Both the position numbers and the translations under genes were made by a program. From positions 1 through 64,000 of the forward strand of contig JBDLKA010000003.1 in NCBI GenBank assembly GCA_039714075.1: a stretch of DNA of 64,000 bases. Direction: 5' to 3'. Every line of letters begins with the position of its first letter. The first letter of the stretch is position 1. Origin of the DNA: Candidatus Krumholzibacteriota bacterium (GTDB taxonomy: Bacteria > Krumholzibacteriota > Krumholzibacteriia > LZORAL124-64-63). Below, one piece after another: positions 1 through 9,879 of this stretch. The notes beneath the pieces are model-generated. The model was not told the DNA's origin. It saw only the letters and a program-made list of their open reading frames with translations, and made no database searches.

Positions 1-2873
1 CGGCCATGGTTATCCACGAAGTCGAAACGGCTTTCCACTATTCCCAGGATATTGGTGACCGAAAGGGAATAGACCGTACTGCCGGCAACATCGTCCAGTG
101 GACCGATATCACTCCAAGTCGCCAGGGAATCATAAAGAACGATGTTCGGGTCGTCGGCGCGAAGATGACCGGTGATATCATCGGCCATGCCGGCCCCGAA
201 GTTTTTCAGCCGGGCCGTGATGCGGATCCTTTCCCCCATATCGATGAGGCCGTTTCCGTTGCCGTAGGTCGTGTCTTCCCAGTTCATGGAAACGACTTCC
301 ACTTTCGGGGCTTCAACGACGACCGACCACTTGGATACGAAGGTGTCCACGCCATCGGTGACATCCAGTTGGAAAGTTACTTTGGCGGCATCCCGGATAT
401 CGGGGAGGAACTGCACCAGGAATGGGCTCTGGCCCACGGTGGTTCCGCCCGCCCCGACGGCGGGGAAGGAGGCCGTGTCGGTCAGGATGACCACCGTGGT
501 GTCGGCGGTGCTCAGCACCCCGGTCATGCCCGCCAACCCGGACCCGCCCGTTTCCAGGAGGGTGGCGAAAAGTTCCACGGTCTCGCCGGCCTCGACGGTC
601 AGGTTGTTGTTGCCGACGGTTCCGCCGGTCCCGTCATCGTTTACCGTCATCTCGGAAAGAGCCACATAGCCGCCGCCGGCGGTCACGGGGATCTGCTGGA
701 CTTCCATGGCCAGGTTCTTGCCCGTCACCGACACCGTCGCGTCGCCGGTATTGGTGGGCAGGAAATCGAGATCGACCTGACCTGTGGCGTCCGTCAGGCC
801 GTAGACATGGCTTTCCCCGTCCTTGGCGATGCAGACCAGGGCGTCTTCCACCGGGGATCCGCCCTCGGTAACCGTAAAACTGACAGTCTGGGGGCCGAGG
901 CCCAACCCGGCGGGGGCACCCAAGGCGGTCGCGGCGGGGCTGCCGCTCCAGATGGGCAAGGTGGGATCGCCCAGCAGGGTGTAGTTCTCGAAAGTCCAGC
1001 GATCCACGTAATTGGCGTCCGTCAGGCCGATGTAAGGCAACCGGCTGAGGGCGATAAGCCTGCCCACCCGCATTTCACCTGTGCAATAGAGAAGGTCGAA
1101 GAATTCCTGCTGGTAGTTGTTGGCGTTGTTGGGGAAGGCCGCCCGCACCGATCCCACCGAACAGATGGAACCACCGTTGGGATTCTGAACGAACCGCTCC
1201 AGGAGACAGGAATTGTCAAAGGCGGCCGAGGCGCAGTTCAGGGCGTAGATCATGAAAAGGTTGTCGCCGTTGGTAAGCTGGTCGGCATCCGTGGTCATGA
1301 AGTTGGCGTCGGCGACGGACATGTTGAAATAGAAGCCGTGCCCGATCTGGTTCAGGATGCCGTAACGCCCGGAATTGAGGGTGTCGATCAGGGCCGACCG
1401 GGAAAGCTGGGTATCCCAGGGATACAGCGTGTCGGTCTGGTACATCCTCATGTATTCCATATCGGTGCATGGGATGATGGAATCGTTGACCTGCTGATCG
1501 GCGTACTGGGCGCCGTCGAGAATGATGTAATCCCCTTCGGGGTAGTCCTCGGGGAACAGGACTTCAGCCGCAAACAGGGCGCGATTCGCCCAATCGGCCG
1601 TTACATCAGCGGATTCATAGGATATGACCTTGTTCACGAACACAGTGGCGGCGGCCGGTGTGCTGACGGTGGCTCGACCGACATACACTTCCTCGGCGAA
1701 ATCGACCAGGTCGCCCGGGAAGCCGGTGGCGGCGGGTTGACCGTAATCCGAATCCCCGTCGTCGTTCCAGTTGCCGTCAAGACAGGCAAAATAGAGATCA
1801 CACGGAATGGAAGTGTAACCATTGGTGGGATAGAAGGAGTTGTCGATGTACCGGGGAGGCAGGATATCGGAGTCCCCCCCCAAAAGGACGTACTCCACCC
1901 CCCACTTCTGGTAGGCATCCAGGATATACATGCGCATGGTTTCCTGGATGTCGGCCCCGTTCCGGTAGTTGGCCGCGATGAATTCCTTCGTGGTCACGAT
2001 CGTGGGCAAACCCAGGGAGGTCTTGAAATCGGCCAGGGCCTGGAACTCGGCCTTCATGTCGTCATTGGTGATGATGAGGTAGGTTACGCCGCTACCCTTG
2101 AGAGTGGGCGTCTGGCCGGGTTCGAAAGCAGCGGACTTTTCCTCGATCTCGATGCCGTTGTCCCGATCGTAGCCGGAGATGACTTCCGGGTTGGCCACGA
2201 GATCGGCCAGCACCCTGGCGTTTTCCTCGGCTTCGCCCGGAACCAGCCTCTGCCGGACGGCCATGGTTCGCGGATCGATGGTCCGGCCGGTATCCAGCCG
2301 CACGGCAAAACGGTCCAGGAATTCCAGTTCCACACCGTCGGAGGTCTTGATTTCACGAACGGGATAGACGCTCACGGTGACCAGCCGGTACCCGCGCCAG
2401 AGGTGGTTTCCCGTGTAGTCGCCCCAGGACGAGGGAAAGGCATCACCTTCGCGATTCATGGTGGTATAGGTGACCATGTCGCCTGTATCGGAAAAATGCG
2501 GCGGGGCCACCGCGGTCGGGTTCTTGAGGGATTCCCGGTGCGTTTCCAGGGGCTCGATCCACAACTGGTCCACCTTCGTGTCGGCGGGCACCAAAAGGAC
2601 CAGGTCACGGACCGGCAACTGCGGCAGGCCCGGCTCGGTCAGGGAACGGGTCCCGTCCAGAACGGGAAACCGGACACCCTGGGAATCAGCGTCCCAGCCG
2701 AGGTCTTCAACCCGGAAGCCGCCTTCATGGATGACCTGGCCACCGGAGGCCGTGGCCGCACCCGGAGCCCACAAAATGGATCCGGCGAGGAAAACGGAAA
2801 AAACCAGAACAAGGGGAACAATTCGGAATAAACGATAGGTCGGACGAAGAGGGCGAACTCCGAAAACTGACAT
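1..2873 (-). CDS. Peptidase C25 (gingipain-like cysteine protease) with signal peptide and propeptide; 3' end runs off the window
   Basis: Read manually on the minus strand, in register with the antisense ORF 6..2831. ATG at 2873 after a GGAGG RBS. Hydrophobic N-terminus, propeptide-like EPGLPQLPV, and C25 motifs YLIIT, YVLLGGD, CDLYFACLDG, VYVGR, catalytic-like NQIGHG and ALNC, and YTLLGDP. Confidence 0.88.
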   Translation of the reverse strand, partial: MSVFGVRPLRPTYRLFRIVPLVLVFSVFLAGSILWAPGAATASGGQVIHEGGFRVEDLGWDADSQGVRFPVLDGTRSLTEPGLPQLPVRDLVLLVPADTKVDQLWIEPLETHRESLKNPTAVAPPHFSDTGDMVTYTTMNREGDAFPSSWGDYTGNHLWRGYRLVTVSVYPVREIKTSDGVELEFLDRFAVRLDTGRTIDPRTMAVRQRLVPGEAEENARVLADLVANPEVISGYDRDNGIEIEEKSAAFEPGQTPTLKGSGVTYLIITNDDMKAEFQALADFKTSLGLPTIVTTKEFIAANYRNGADIQETMRMYILDAYQKWGVEYVLLGGDSDILPPRYIDNSFYPTNGYTSIPCDLYFACLDGNWNDDGDSDYGQPAATGFPGDLVDFAEEVYVGRATVSTPAAATVFVNKVISYESADVTADWANRALFAAEVLFPEDYPEGDYIILDGAQYADQQVNDSIIPCTDMEYMRMYQTDTLYPWDTQLSRSALIDTLNSGRYGILNQIGHGFYFNMSVADANFMTTDADQLTNGDNLFMIYALNCASAAFDNSCLLERFVQNPNGGSICSVGSVRAAFPNNANNYQQEFFDLLYCTGEMRVGRLIALSRLPYIGLTDANYVDRWTFENYTLLGDPTLPIWSGSPAATALGAPAGLGLGPQTVSFTVTEGGSPVEDALVCIAKDGESHVYGLTDATGQVDLDFLPTNTGDATVSVTGKNLAMEVQQIPVTAGGGYVALSEMTVNDDGTGGTVGNNNLTVEAGETVELFATLLETGGSGLAGMTGVLSTADTTVVILTDTASFPAVGAGGTTVGQSPFLVQFLPDIRDAAKVTFQLDVTDGVDTFVSKWSVVVEAPKVEVVSMNWEDTTYGNGNGLIDMGERIRITARLKNFGAGMADDITGHLRADDPNIVLYDSLATWSDIGPLDDVAGSTVYSLSVTNILGIVESRFDFVDNHG

Positions 2874-3215
2874 GCGGGGCCTCCAGATCGGGCGATAGGT
2901 GCTTTGGGGGCCTCAGTTGTGGGCGAGTCCCAGCGCTACCGGCGATGACACGGATGTTGGCGAGGATCTGAACAGCTCTCAATCTTTTGAACCATCTGAA
3001 CCTCAGGGTCATGAACTACGATGCCAAATCTTTCCCCGGGTCCGTGGAATCCCGCAGGACGGTGACCGAGGGAATTGTTGCGCGTTAGCCTTGGCTGTCC
3101 GAGAGACCTCCCAAAAGCTCCTGTTGTGACCCTGAATACTGTAAAACGCGCCGGAAAACGCGCTTATGAATAGGACAGGAAAAGCCGCATATACTTACGG
3201 CATCAAGCGGAAATA

Positions 3216-3244
3216 ACTATACCACAAACGTAGCAATTGGTCAA
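3216..3244 (-). promoter_or_regulatory. sigma70-type promoter for the C25 gene
   Basis: Minus strand TTGACC-N17-TATAGT with an extended -10 TG. Confidence 0.6.
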
Positions 3245-3356
3245 TGCCGCAAAACCAATCCCTATTGGCATTAAATTGATTTAATCTTGCCAATTTCCCA
3301 GTGTTTGGACAAACAGGAAATATTGCGCTTTTGATTTCATAAAATATAAGAGGTTG

Positions 3357-4676
3357 TCACGGAACAAGATCATAGGTGACCCCAGCCGGCAGCGATACCA
3401 GCAGACCCTCCTCGAAAGTGCGTTGGTCACCCCGTGCTGCGGCGGCACGGGTGAGGGCGGCCCCGGGAACCTCCAGAACCCGCAGGCTGCGGGTGGCGTT
3501 GCGCAGGATCACCACACCGCCTTTGACCCTCCAACTGGTCCCGGAACCATTGAGTTGGGCTATTTCATGATCCGTCAGGAATACCGGGGCCTCGGATTGG
3601 TTGCCCGCCACGAGGTCCAGATACCGGTCCAGGGCGGCGAGTCCCGTTTCAACGAGGGCGGCATCGGTATGGGCGAAATTTATCCGGTGGCTTTCCACGA
3701 TGGCCGGCTGGCCCGCCGCCCAGGCACTTCGTGTTTCGGCAACACACTGCAGGACCACCGCCCCCGGGTCCGGGGCCTGAACCGGTTCCAGGCGGCAATT
3801 CCTTTCCAGGTATGTCCGTTCGGGATGGGCAAACCGGTCCCAGTGACGCTCGAGGTATTTCCGCAGACGACCGGATTTACCCACTCCCCAGGCGGCATTT
3901 ATCTGTTCCCGTTTCCCTTGGATCACCCGCAGATTGCGGCTGCTCCACATATCCTCCATCCGGGCATCCCAATGGTAGTCAGGGGCGATGACGGAATTTA
4001 CCGGACGGCCGAACAAGACCTGGAAACAAGCCAGGGAACCATCCAGATCCTCGGCCAGGTCCGGGTTGTGGCGCCAGGCTCCCAGTTCCCAGGCGCGATC
4101 GCTGCCCGGAAACAGCATGATGCCCCTGCCGGTCACCGTGCGGGCGAAATCCCCGGCCAGGGCCTCCTGCATCCTGAGGTCGGGATCATAGTGCCAGGTG
4201 CCGTGGTATTCGGGGTACCAGGTACCACCTTCGATCCCCGCGGCCACGGCTTCCCAGAGACCGGGACGCCGATAGGCAGGAGGCAGATCCGGCAGGTCAC
4301 GGCGGACCCACCCGTCCTGCTCATGGGAAAGGGAAGACATGATGTAATTGGGCTGCAGCACGGCCGGATGCCCATCACGGCCGACGTGGGACGCGAGAAC
4401 CCGGTTCAAGCGGCCCACCATGCTGCTGTCCTCGAGAGTCGACAGCCAATAGGCCTCGGGAATAGCTCCATACTTCAGCAGCTTTCGGTCCAGGCCAGCC
4501 CAGGAATCCTGATCGGGCACGAAACCCGCCAGCCCCCAATCGTCACTTTCGATGGCGATGGCCCGGAGCGATTGCCAGCAAACGGCGCTGCGCGTTCCCC
4601 CGAAGAGAAAGGAAGCGGCGACCAATCCACCCACCAGGAAAACCAACGGGAGGACGATTTTGAAGGCTTGCCTCAA
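3357..4676 (-). CDS. Putative polysaccharide deacetylase-like protein with N-terminal membrane anchor
   Basis: IESDDWG and EYHGTWH motifs resemble NodB-type metal-binding motifs. TTG start overlaps the upstream stop. Last gene of a glycan operon. Confidence 0.55.
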   Translation of the reverse strand: MRQAFKIVLPLVFLVGGLVAASFLFGGTRSAVCWQSLRAIAIESDDWGLAGFVPDQDSWAGLDRKLLKYGAIPEAYWLSTLEDSSMVGRLNRVLASHVGRDGHPAVLQPNYIMSSLSHEQDGWVRRDLPDLPPAYRRPGLWEAVAAGIEGGTWYPEYHGTWHYDPDLRMQEALAGDFARTVTGRGIMLFPGSDRAWELGAWRHNPDLAEDLDGSLACFQVLFGRPVNSVIAPDYHWDARMEDMWSSRNLRVIQGKREQINAAWGVGKSGRLRKYLERHWDRFAHPERTYLERNCRLEPVQAPDPGAVVLQCVAETRSAWAAGQPAIVESHRINFAHTDAALVETGLAALDRYLDLVAGNQSEAPVFLTDHEIAQLNGSGTSWRVKGGVVILRNATRSLRVLEVPGAALTRAAAARGDQRTFEEGLLVSLPAGVTYDLVP

Positions 4677-5350
4677 TGTCCCGTTCCTTTCGCCTCGGCC
4701 GTGGCCCGAGCCCACCAGTAATGCCCGGGATCAAGACCGTACTGACCGATGTTCCGGGCCAAACGTGCGGGTTCTCCCCCGGATTGCCGGCCGGGCCCCA
4801 GCATTTCCAACACGGGCCCGGTCGCGATGGCCTGCCGATTGCGGACCAGCCCGAATTCCCACCCGTCCCGTGTCCGGAAAGCCGAACTGCGACCCTGGAA
4901 TTCCTCCAGGGAGATCAAGGCCCCCCGGGATTCGGGAAGCAGCCGGGCCAGGAAAACCTGAAGGTCGCGGTAATTGACTTTCCCCGGGGAATCGGTCCCC
5001 GGTTCATCCTCGAATATGAAAAGGGAACCGCCCGGTTTCAACAATTCCAGCCACCGGTCCAAAAAGGAAAAATCGGCCGGCGCCGGCAGCATGTGCCGCA
5101 GGAGGTTCGGGACCACCAGGAGATCCAGAGACCCGGACGCCACCGGGGGTGATCCAGCTTCCCCGACGACTTCAGCGACCGTACCGCCACCGGGGCCGAT
5201 CCGATCCAGGCCCCAGCAGGCGATGCCGAGGCCGGACAGGACATCGCGAAAACGACCGTCACCGCAGCCGAATTCCATGATCTGGGATGTGGGGGAATCC
5301 AGGCTGCGGCAAATATCAGTGAATATCCTTGGCAGGGGAGTGAATGACAT
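4673..5350 (-). CDS. Class I SAM-dependent methyltransferase
   Basis: MEFGCGDG motif I, SLDLLV, LLKPGGSLFI. ATG at 5350 with GGAGG RBS. Confidence 0.8.
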   Translation of the reverse strand: MSFTPLPRIFTDICRSLDSPTSQIMEFGCGDGRFRDVLSGLGIACWGLDRIGPGGGTVAEVVGEAGSPPVASGSLDLLVVPNLLRHMLPAPADFSFLDRWLELLKPGGSLFIFEDEPGTDSPGKVNYRDLQVFLARLLPESRGALISLEEFQGRSSAFRTRDGWEFGLVRNRQAIATGPVLEMLGPGRQSGGEPARLARNIGQYGLDPGHYWWARATAEAKGTGH

Positions 5351-6593
5351 CCGGACCTTCCTCCACCACCGTTTCGTTGCCCGAGGTCCCCTCCAGCAGG
5401 ATGCCTTTGGCCTGAGCCACCTTGGCCCTTTCGGCCTGGAGGTCGATAATGTCGGCGACGTCCTGGCCGACCTGGCCGGCCAACTTGTCCAGACGGTCAT
5501 CAAACCCCAGGGCATAGAAAAGTTCGGTGAACAGGTCGAGACCGTGCTTGCGGTTCTGCAGATGCCGCAGGGCGCCCAACTGGCCGGCCCACATCCACAG
5601 GCCCATGGCGGGCAGCCCCAGCCAGGCCAGACCCAAAAAATCGCTCAGGGCGAACAGGGTGGTCCCCACGGTCACCAGCAGAAGGCAGGAAACAGCGCCC
5701 GCGGGCGAGAAACCCAGGCGCAGCAACCGGTGGTGCAGGTGGAAATCATCGGCCAGGAAGATGGATGAGCGCCGGCGGTAGCGGCGGACGATGGTGGTTC
5801 CGGTGTCCCAGATGGGGACGATCATCGGCGCAATCATCACCGGCAGGCTGATGGGAACCTTCTGGCTCAGATTCAGCAGCAGGCTGGCCAGAACCAGGCC
5901 CATCCACATGCTGCCCGAATCCCCCAGGAAGATCTTCCGCTTGCTGATGTTCCAATAGAAGAAGGCCACCGTGGCGCCACACAAGGTGGCGGCGAAAAGG
6001 GTGGAGAACATTTCCCCGACAGCCAGGGAGATGACCATCAGGGCGATGGCCGCCACGATACTGATGCCGCTGGCCAGACCGTCCAGGCCATCGATGAGAT
6101 TCATGGAATTGATGAATCCCAGATACCAGAACAGGGTGAAGGGCCAGGCCCAGCCCCCCAGTTCGATGGAGCCTATGAGCGGCAGGACCACCGTGTCCAG
6201 GCGTTGCCCGAACAGCATCAGCCCGACGATGACGATGAGCTGCCCGTAGAGCTTTTTCTCGGCGTGGATGCCGAAGCGGTCATCCCCGACACCCAGGGCG
6301 AGAATGCAGACCCCGGCGCCGATCAGGATGCCCAACCACGACCAAGGCAACGCCGTGCGTAAAATGACGTTTTCCAGGAAGAAAAGGGCGCAGAAGAAGG
6401 AAATGAAGATGGCCATGCCGCCGGTGCGGGGCACGGGTTCACGATGAGGACGCCGGTAACCGGGGTGATCAACGATTTCCGTCAAAAAACCCAGGTTCCT
6501 GAAATGGGGCTGGACCAACCACGACATCAGAAACGCCGCGGTAAAACCAAGTGCAGCTACAATCCCCAGGTCCACGATTCCTCCTTGAAGCAT
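5316..6593 (-). CDS. MraY/WecA-family (Glycos_transf_4) undecaprenyl-phosphate sugar-1-phosphate transferase
   Basis: Motifs H-x-x-PVPRTGG, GVGDD, NSMNLIDGLDGL, IFLGDSGS, DDFHLHH; multiple TM helices. Confidence 0.9.
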   Translation of the reverse strand: MLQGGIVDLGIVAALGFTAAFLMSWLVQPHFRNLGFLTEIVDHPGYRRPHREPVPRTGGMAIFISFFCALFFLENVILRTALPWSWLGILIGAGVCILALGVGDDRFGIHAEKKLYGQLIVIVGLMLFGQRLDTVVLPLIGSIELGGWAWPFTLFWYLGFINSMNLIDGLDGLASGISIVAAIALMVISLAVGEMFSTLFAATLCGATVAFFYWNISKRKIFLGDSGSMWMGLVLASLLLNLSQKVPISLPVMIAPMIVPIWDTGTTIVRRYRRRSSIFLADDFHLHHRLLRLGFSPAGAVSCLLLVTVGTTLFALSDFLGLAWLGLPAMGLWMWAGQLGALRHLQNRKHGLDLFTELFYALGFDDRLDKLAGQVGQDVADIIDLQAERAKVAQAKGILLEGTSGNETVVEEGPDVIHSPAKDIH

Positions 6594-6647
6594 CCCTGTT
6601 TCCCGATAGTCACTGTTTATTTTATTCAACAGGAGCAAATTACAGTA

Positions 6648-7832
6648 TCAGCCCCCGGCGGGCAATCCTTTTTTATCTTGATAAATATCAAGCATTTCAT
6701 GGTAAACAGCAACTGTTTGTTCGGCCGTCCGGCTCCAGGTCAGTTCCCGGGCCCGGGTCCGCCCCCCGGTGGCCAGCTTCCGGCGCAAGTCCTCGTCAAA
6801 GGCCAAATTGGCCAATCCCGCGGCAATTTCGGCCGTATTTTCCGGATTCACCAGGAGAGCCTTGCCCCCGGCGACCTCCGCGGTTCCGCTCCGGTCGGAA
6901 GTCAGGACCGGCAGGCCCGCCGCCATGGCTTCGAGAATGGGCAGGCCAAAACCCTCATCCAGCGACGGAAAGACAAGCGCCCGCGCCCGGCAATAGAAGT
7001 TCCACAGCTCGTCGAGGCCACAATAGGCAACCACCGTCAACCTGCCGCCGGCCTCCAGTTGGGCTATTTTTGTCCGCAACCGGGATTCCTTCCACCCGCG
7101 GCCGCCGACAAGCACCAGATCGGGCACCGAGTCCGGCGGCTGGGCCCGAACCTCGTCACTGGACAAAAAGGATTCGTAGGCATCCAGCAGGCGGGACAGG
7201 TTCTTGCGTGGTTCCAGCGTGCCGACAAAGAGAAAATAAGGGCGACCGGCTGCCTGGTCGGGGATCTTCTCCGCGCACGAACGCTCCCGGACCCAACGCG
7301 GGGTGCCGTGCAGGGTCACGTGGATCTTGGCGCCCACCTGCGGGAAAAAGTCCACCGTGCGCGAAGCGGTGGCCCGGCTGTTGGCCACAACCGCGTCCGC
7401 CTTGGCCAGGCTGCGCGGCACAAGCCACCTGTAGTAGCTGAGGCGCGGTTCCTCGATGGTCTCGGGAAAAAACCGCCAGGCAAGATCGTGCACCGTTGCC
7501 ACCAAGGGAACGGGACACCGCAACGGCACCAGGAACTGCAGGCAGTGCAGAAGGTCTCCCCCGAGCCTTTTGACCAGGCCGGGCAGCATGAACTGGGTGA
7601 ACACCGCCTTCCGGAAAGCCCCCCCACGCGCCCGGGGACATTCCACGACACGCCAGCCGGGGCGGCCATCCAGATCATGAAACAATTCCCGCCTGGTGGT
7701 CAGGACCGAAAAATCGAGACCACGATCCTGTTCCGCAAGAGCTGCGCAGAGGTCCAGGATCCCGCGGCCGGTCCCGGTGGGGTTGGGTCGGACCTGAAGG
7801 GCTTCCAGGATGACGCGGGGCCGACGATTCAT
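6648..7832 (-). CDS. GT4 glycosyltransferase (MtfB-like)
   Basis: TVHDL, FVGTLEPRKN, EGFGLPILEAMAAG. Confidence 0.92.
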   Translation of the reverse strand: MNRRPRVILEALQVRPNPTGTGRGILDLCAALAEQDRGLDFSVLTTRRELFHDLDGRPGWRVVECPRARGGAFRKAVFTQFMLPGLVKRLGGDLLHCLQFLVPLRCPVPLVATVHDLAWRFFPETIEEPRLSYYRWLVPRSLAKADAVVANSRATASRTVDFFPQVGAKIHVTLHGTPRWVRERSCAEKIPDQAAGRPYFLFVGTLEPRKNLSRLLDAYESFLSSDEVRAQPPDSVPDLVLVGGRGWKESRLRTKIAQLEAGGRLTVVAYCGLDELWNFYCRARALVFPSLDEGFGLPILEAMAAGLPVLTSDRSGTAEVAGGKALLVNPENTAEIAAGLANLAFDEDLRRKLATGGRTRARELTWSRTAEQTVAVYHEMLDIYQDKKGLPAGG

Positions 7833-9304
7833 GATTCCGTTTCTCCCGGGCCGGGCGGATTCGGCGGGTCAGCCTGGAGTTCCGGATCGGCCAGCAGGGC
7901 CATCATCAATCCCAACGAAACCCAGATGTGCGGCAGGTTGTACTGGGAAAATGTCAGAAGTTGCAACCAGACCCCCGCCCCGCAAACGGCGACCGCCAAA
8001 ACCAGGCGTCCCTTCCGCCGCGGGTCACTTCCGCTGTTTGTTTCCGGGTCGGGAAGAGCAATCCAGCGCTGCCGGATCCCCCGGACCAGCCCGGCTACCC
8101 AGCCGCAGAATACGAGGAATCCCACCAGGCCGGTTTCGCACAGGACAAGGAGGGGGAAATTGTTGACCACCGGCCAGGTGAACTGGCTTTGCAGGCCCAT
8201 CGGATCCACCAGGGCCGGAAAATGCCAACCGAATTGGCCCCACCCGATCCCTACGACGGGACTCAACAGGAAGGCGCGCCACGCGGCCTGCATGCTGTAC
8301 AGGCGGGTCAGATTGGACCAGTCCTGCTGACTGAAGGTCTGAATCAGCCGGCGAAAAGGGAACAGCACGCCGTCCCAGCCCGCGGCCAGGCCCACCAGGG
8401 GAACGGCCACCAGCAGAGCCGCCAACCCGCCGACGAACATTTTGGCCTGCCGCGATTCAAATCCGAATAGTCCCCGGCGGACCTCGCCCCGGAGACTGAA
8501 CATCATCACCAGGACCAGGGCAATCTGCCCCATGAAACCCAGCCAGGCCCCGCGCGACCAGGTGCCCAGCAGCAGAAGCAGAAGGGCACCGGCCAGCCAC
8601 CTTCTGGCTTGGGACGACCAGACCGGAACAAGAGTCAGCGGCCACAGGAAAAGCAGGTAATTGCCCAGGTAAAGCGGTTCGCAGATCGTTCCGCGCAGGC
8701 GGGGAACGTGACGGAAGGAGTCCCCGAGATAAAGTTCGCCCGACCCCGAGAGGATGGACGGGTTGGAGGTAAAGATACCATCAAGCCAACCAAAACCCGG
8801 CAGGGAATGGAAATAGTGCGCACCCTGGAAAAAGCCGTAAAGAACCTGCAGCGATCCTCCGAGCAGCAGCAGTTTCATGGTCCACCGCCAACGTTCCGTG
8901 CCGCGGGTCCACACGGCCGGCCAGAGGGCGAAAAATGCCATGATGGCCAATTGCACCAACTGCTTGCCGAACCGCCCCACCGTTTCGCCGACCGGTTCGC
9001 CGACGGGAGCCGCCCACAAACCCGCCAGGGAAAGCAACACACTGAGCAGGACAGCTCCGGTTCCGAACATCCACCACCTGCGCAATGCGGGCCGCAGGGA
9101 AACCGGGCAGCAGGATCGCCAGTCACCGCAACGCAGACGATCGACCGTGGCGCACAGGACAGCGGCGGCAAGCAACGCCCATGACGGCTGCAGTCCGCCC
9201 CCCCAATCCCTGCCGGTAACAAGTTTCAGGACACCCGCACCGGACCAGGGCAGTGTCACCAGGGCAGCCCCGTAAAAAAAGGTGGCGCAGCGGGCCGGCA
9301 TCAC
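7829..9304 (-). CDS. O-antigen ligase / Wzy-like polymerase family membrane protein
   Basis: RLRGTICEP, TWSRGAWLG, SNLTR, PVVGIGWGQF, NNFPLLVLCETGLVG; many TM segments. Confidence 0.85.
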   Translation of the reverse strand: MMPARCATFFYGAALVTLPWSGAGVLKLVTGRDWGGGLQPSWALLAAAVLCATVDRLRCGDWRSCCPVSLRPALRRWWMFGTGAVLLSVLLSLAGLWAAPVGEPVGETVGRFGKQLVQLAIMAFFALWPAVWTRGTERWRWTMKLLLLGGSLQVLYGFFQGAHYFHSLPGFGWLDGIFTSNPSILSGSGELYLGDSFRHVPRLRGTICEPLYLGNYLLFLWPLTLVPVWSSQARRWLAGALLLLLLGTWSRGAWLGFMGQIALVLVMMFSLRGEVRRGLFGFESRQAKMFVGGLAALLVAVPLVGLAAGWDGVLFPFRRLIQTFSQQDWSNLTRLYSMQAAWRAFLLSPVVGIGWGQFGWHFPALVDPMGLQSQFTWPVVNNFPLLVLCETGLVGFLVFCGWVAGLVRGIRQRWIALPDPETNSGSDPRRKGRLVLAVAVCGAGVWLQLLTFSQYNLPHIWVSLGLMMALLADPELQADPPNPPGPGETES

Positions 9305-9879
9305 GAACCCCGCCTCTCGCCTGATTTCATGCGGGCACGCCGCAGCAGGACGATGATCAGGAGGGTCATGCCCGCCAAAAGGAGAAGTCCCGACTTGGAC
9401 GCCGGTAGCCCGCTCGCCGGGCGGCGATACCGGATCACGGCCCCGCGAACTTCCAGTTCACCGCCGGTCAACTGCAACTCCAGCAGGCCGTCGGTCAAAA
9501 CAACCGGTTCCGACACGGGAAAGATCCCATCCCGGATGACAAGACTGCCACTGGAACCCGATCCGGCCAAAAATTCGGTACAGGGAATCCCGAGGTCCCA
9601 CCTGCCGAAATCCTCGGCTATGACAGGATCGAAAATGGTCAGGCGCCCTTCGTCCCAGATCAATGACCTGGTCCCGGGATCCGCACCGGTATCCCACGCG
9701 AATCCGGCAGCCGAATCCCGGGCGGCTTCAATGACCAGATAACCTGGTTGCCCCAGATTGTGGGTTTGATCGGACTGGGCCGGGGAAAGACAGGGGGAAC
9801 CGACCACCAGAAAAACCAATACACAACGGCGGACGGCGGCCCGGGACACGCGACCCCTCACCTGGCTGGAAGTCAACAT
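9301..9879 (-). CDS. Hypothetical exported protein with C-terminal TM anchor and basic tail
   Basis: Signal-like N-terminus; C-terminus GLLLLAGMTLLIIVLLRRARMK; overlaps both neighbours. Confidence 0.6.
   Translation of the reverse strand: MLTSSQVRGRVSRAAVRRCVLVFLVVGSPCLSPAQSDQTHNLGQPGYLVIEAARDSAAGFAWDTGADPGTRSLIWDEGRLTIFDPVIAEDFGRWDLGIPCTEFLAGSGSSGSLVIRDGIFPVSEPVVLTDGLLELQLTGGELEVRGAVIRYRRPASGLPASKSGLLLLAGMTLLIIVLLRRARMKSGERRGS

Noticed and set aside
6..2831. 941-aa plus-strand ORF
   Set aside because: In-register antisense shadow of the C25 peptidase gene; all recognisable motifs are on the minus strand.
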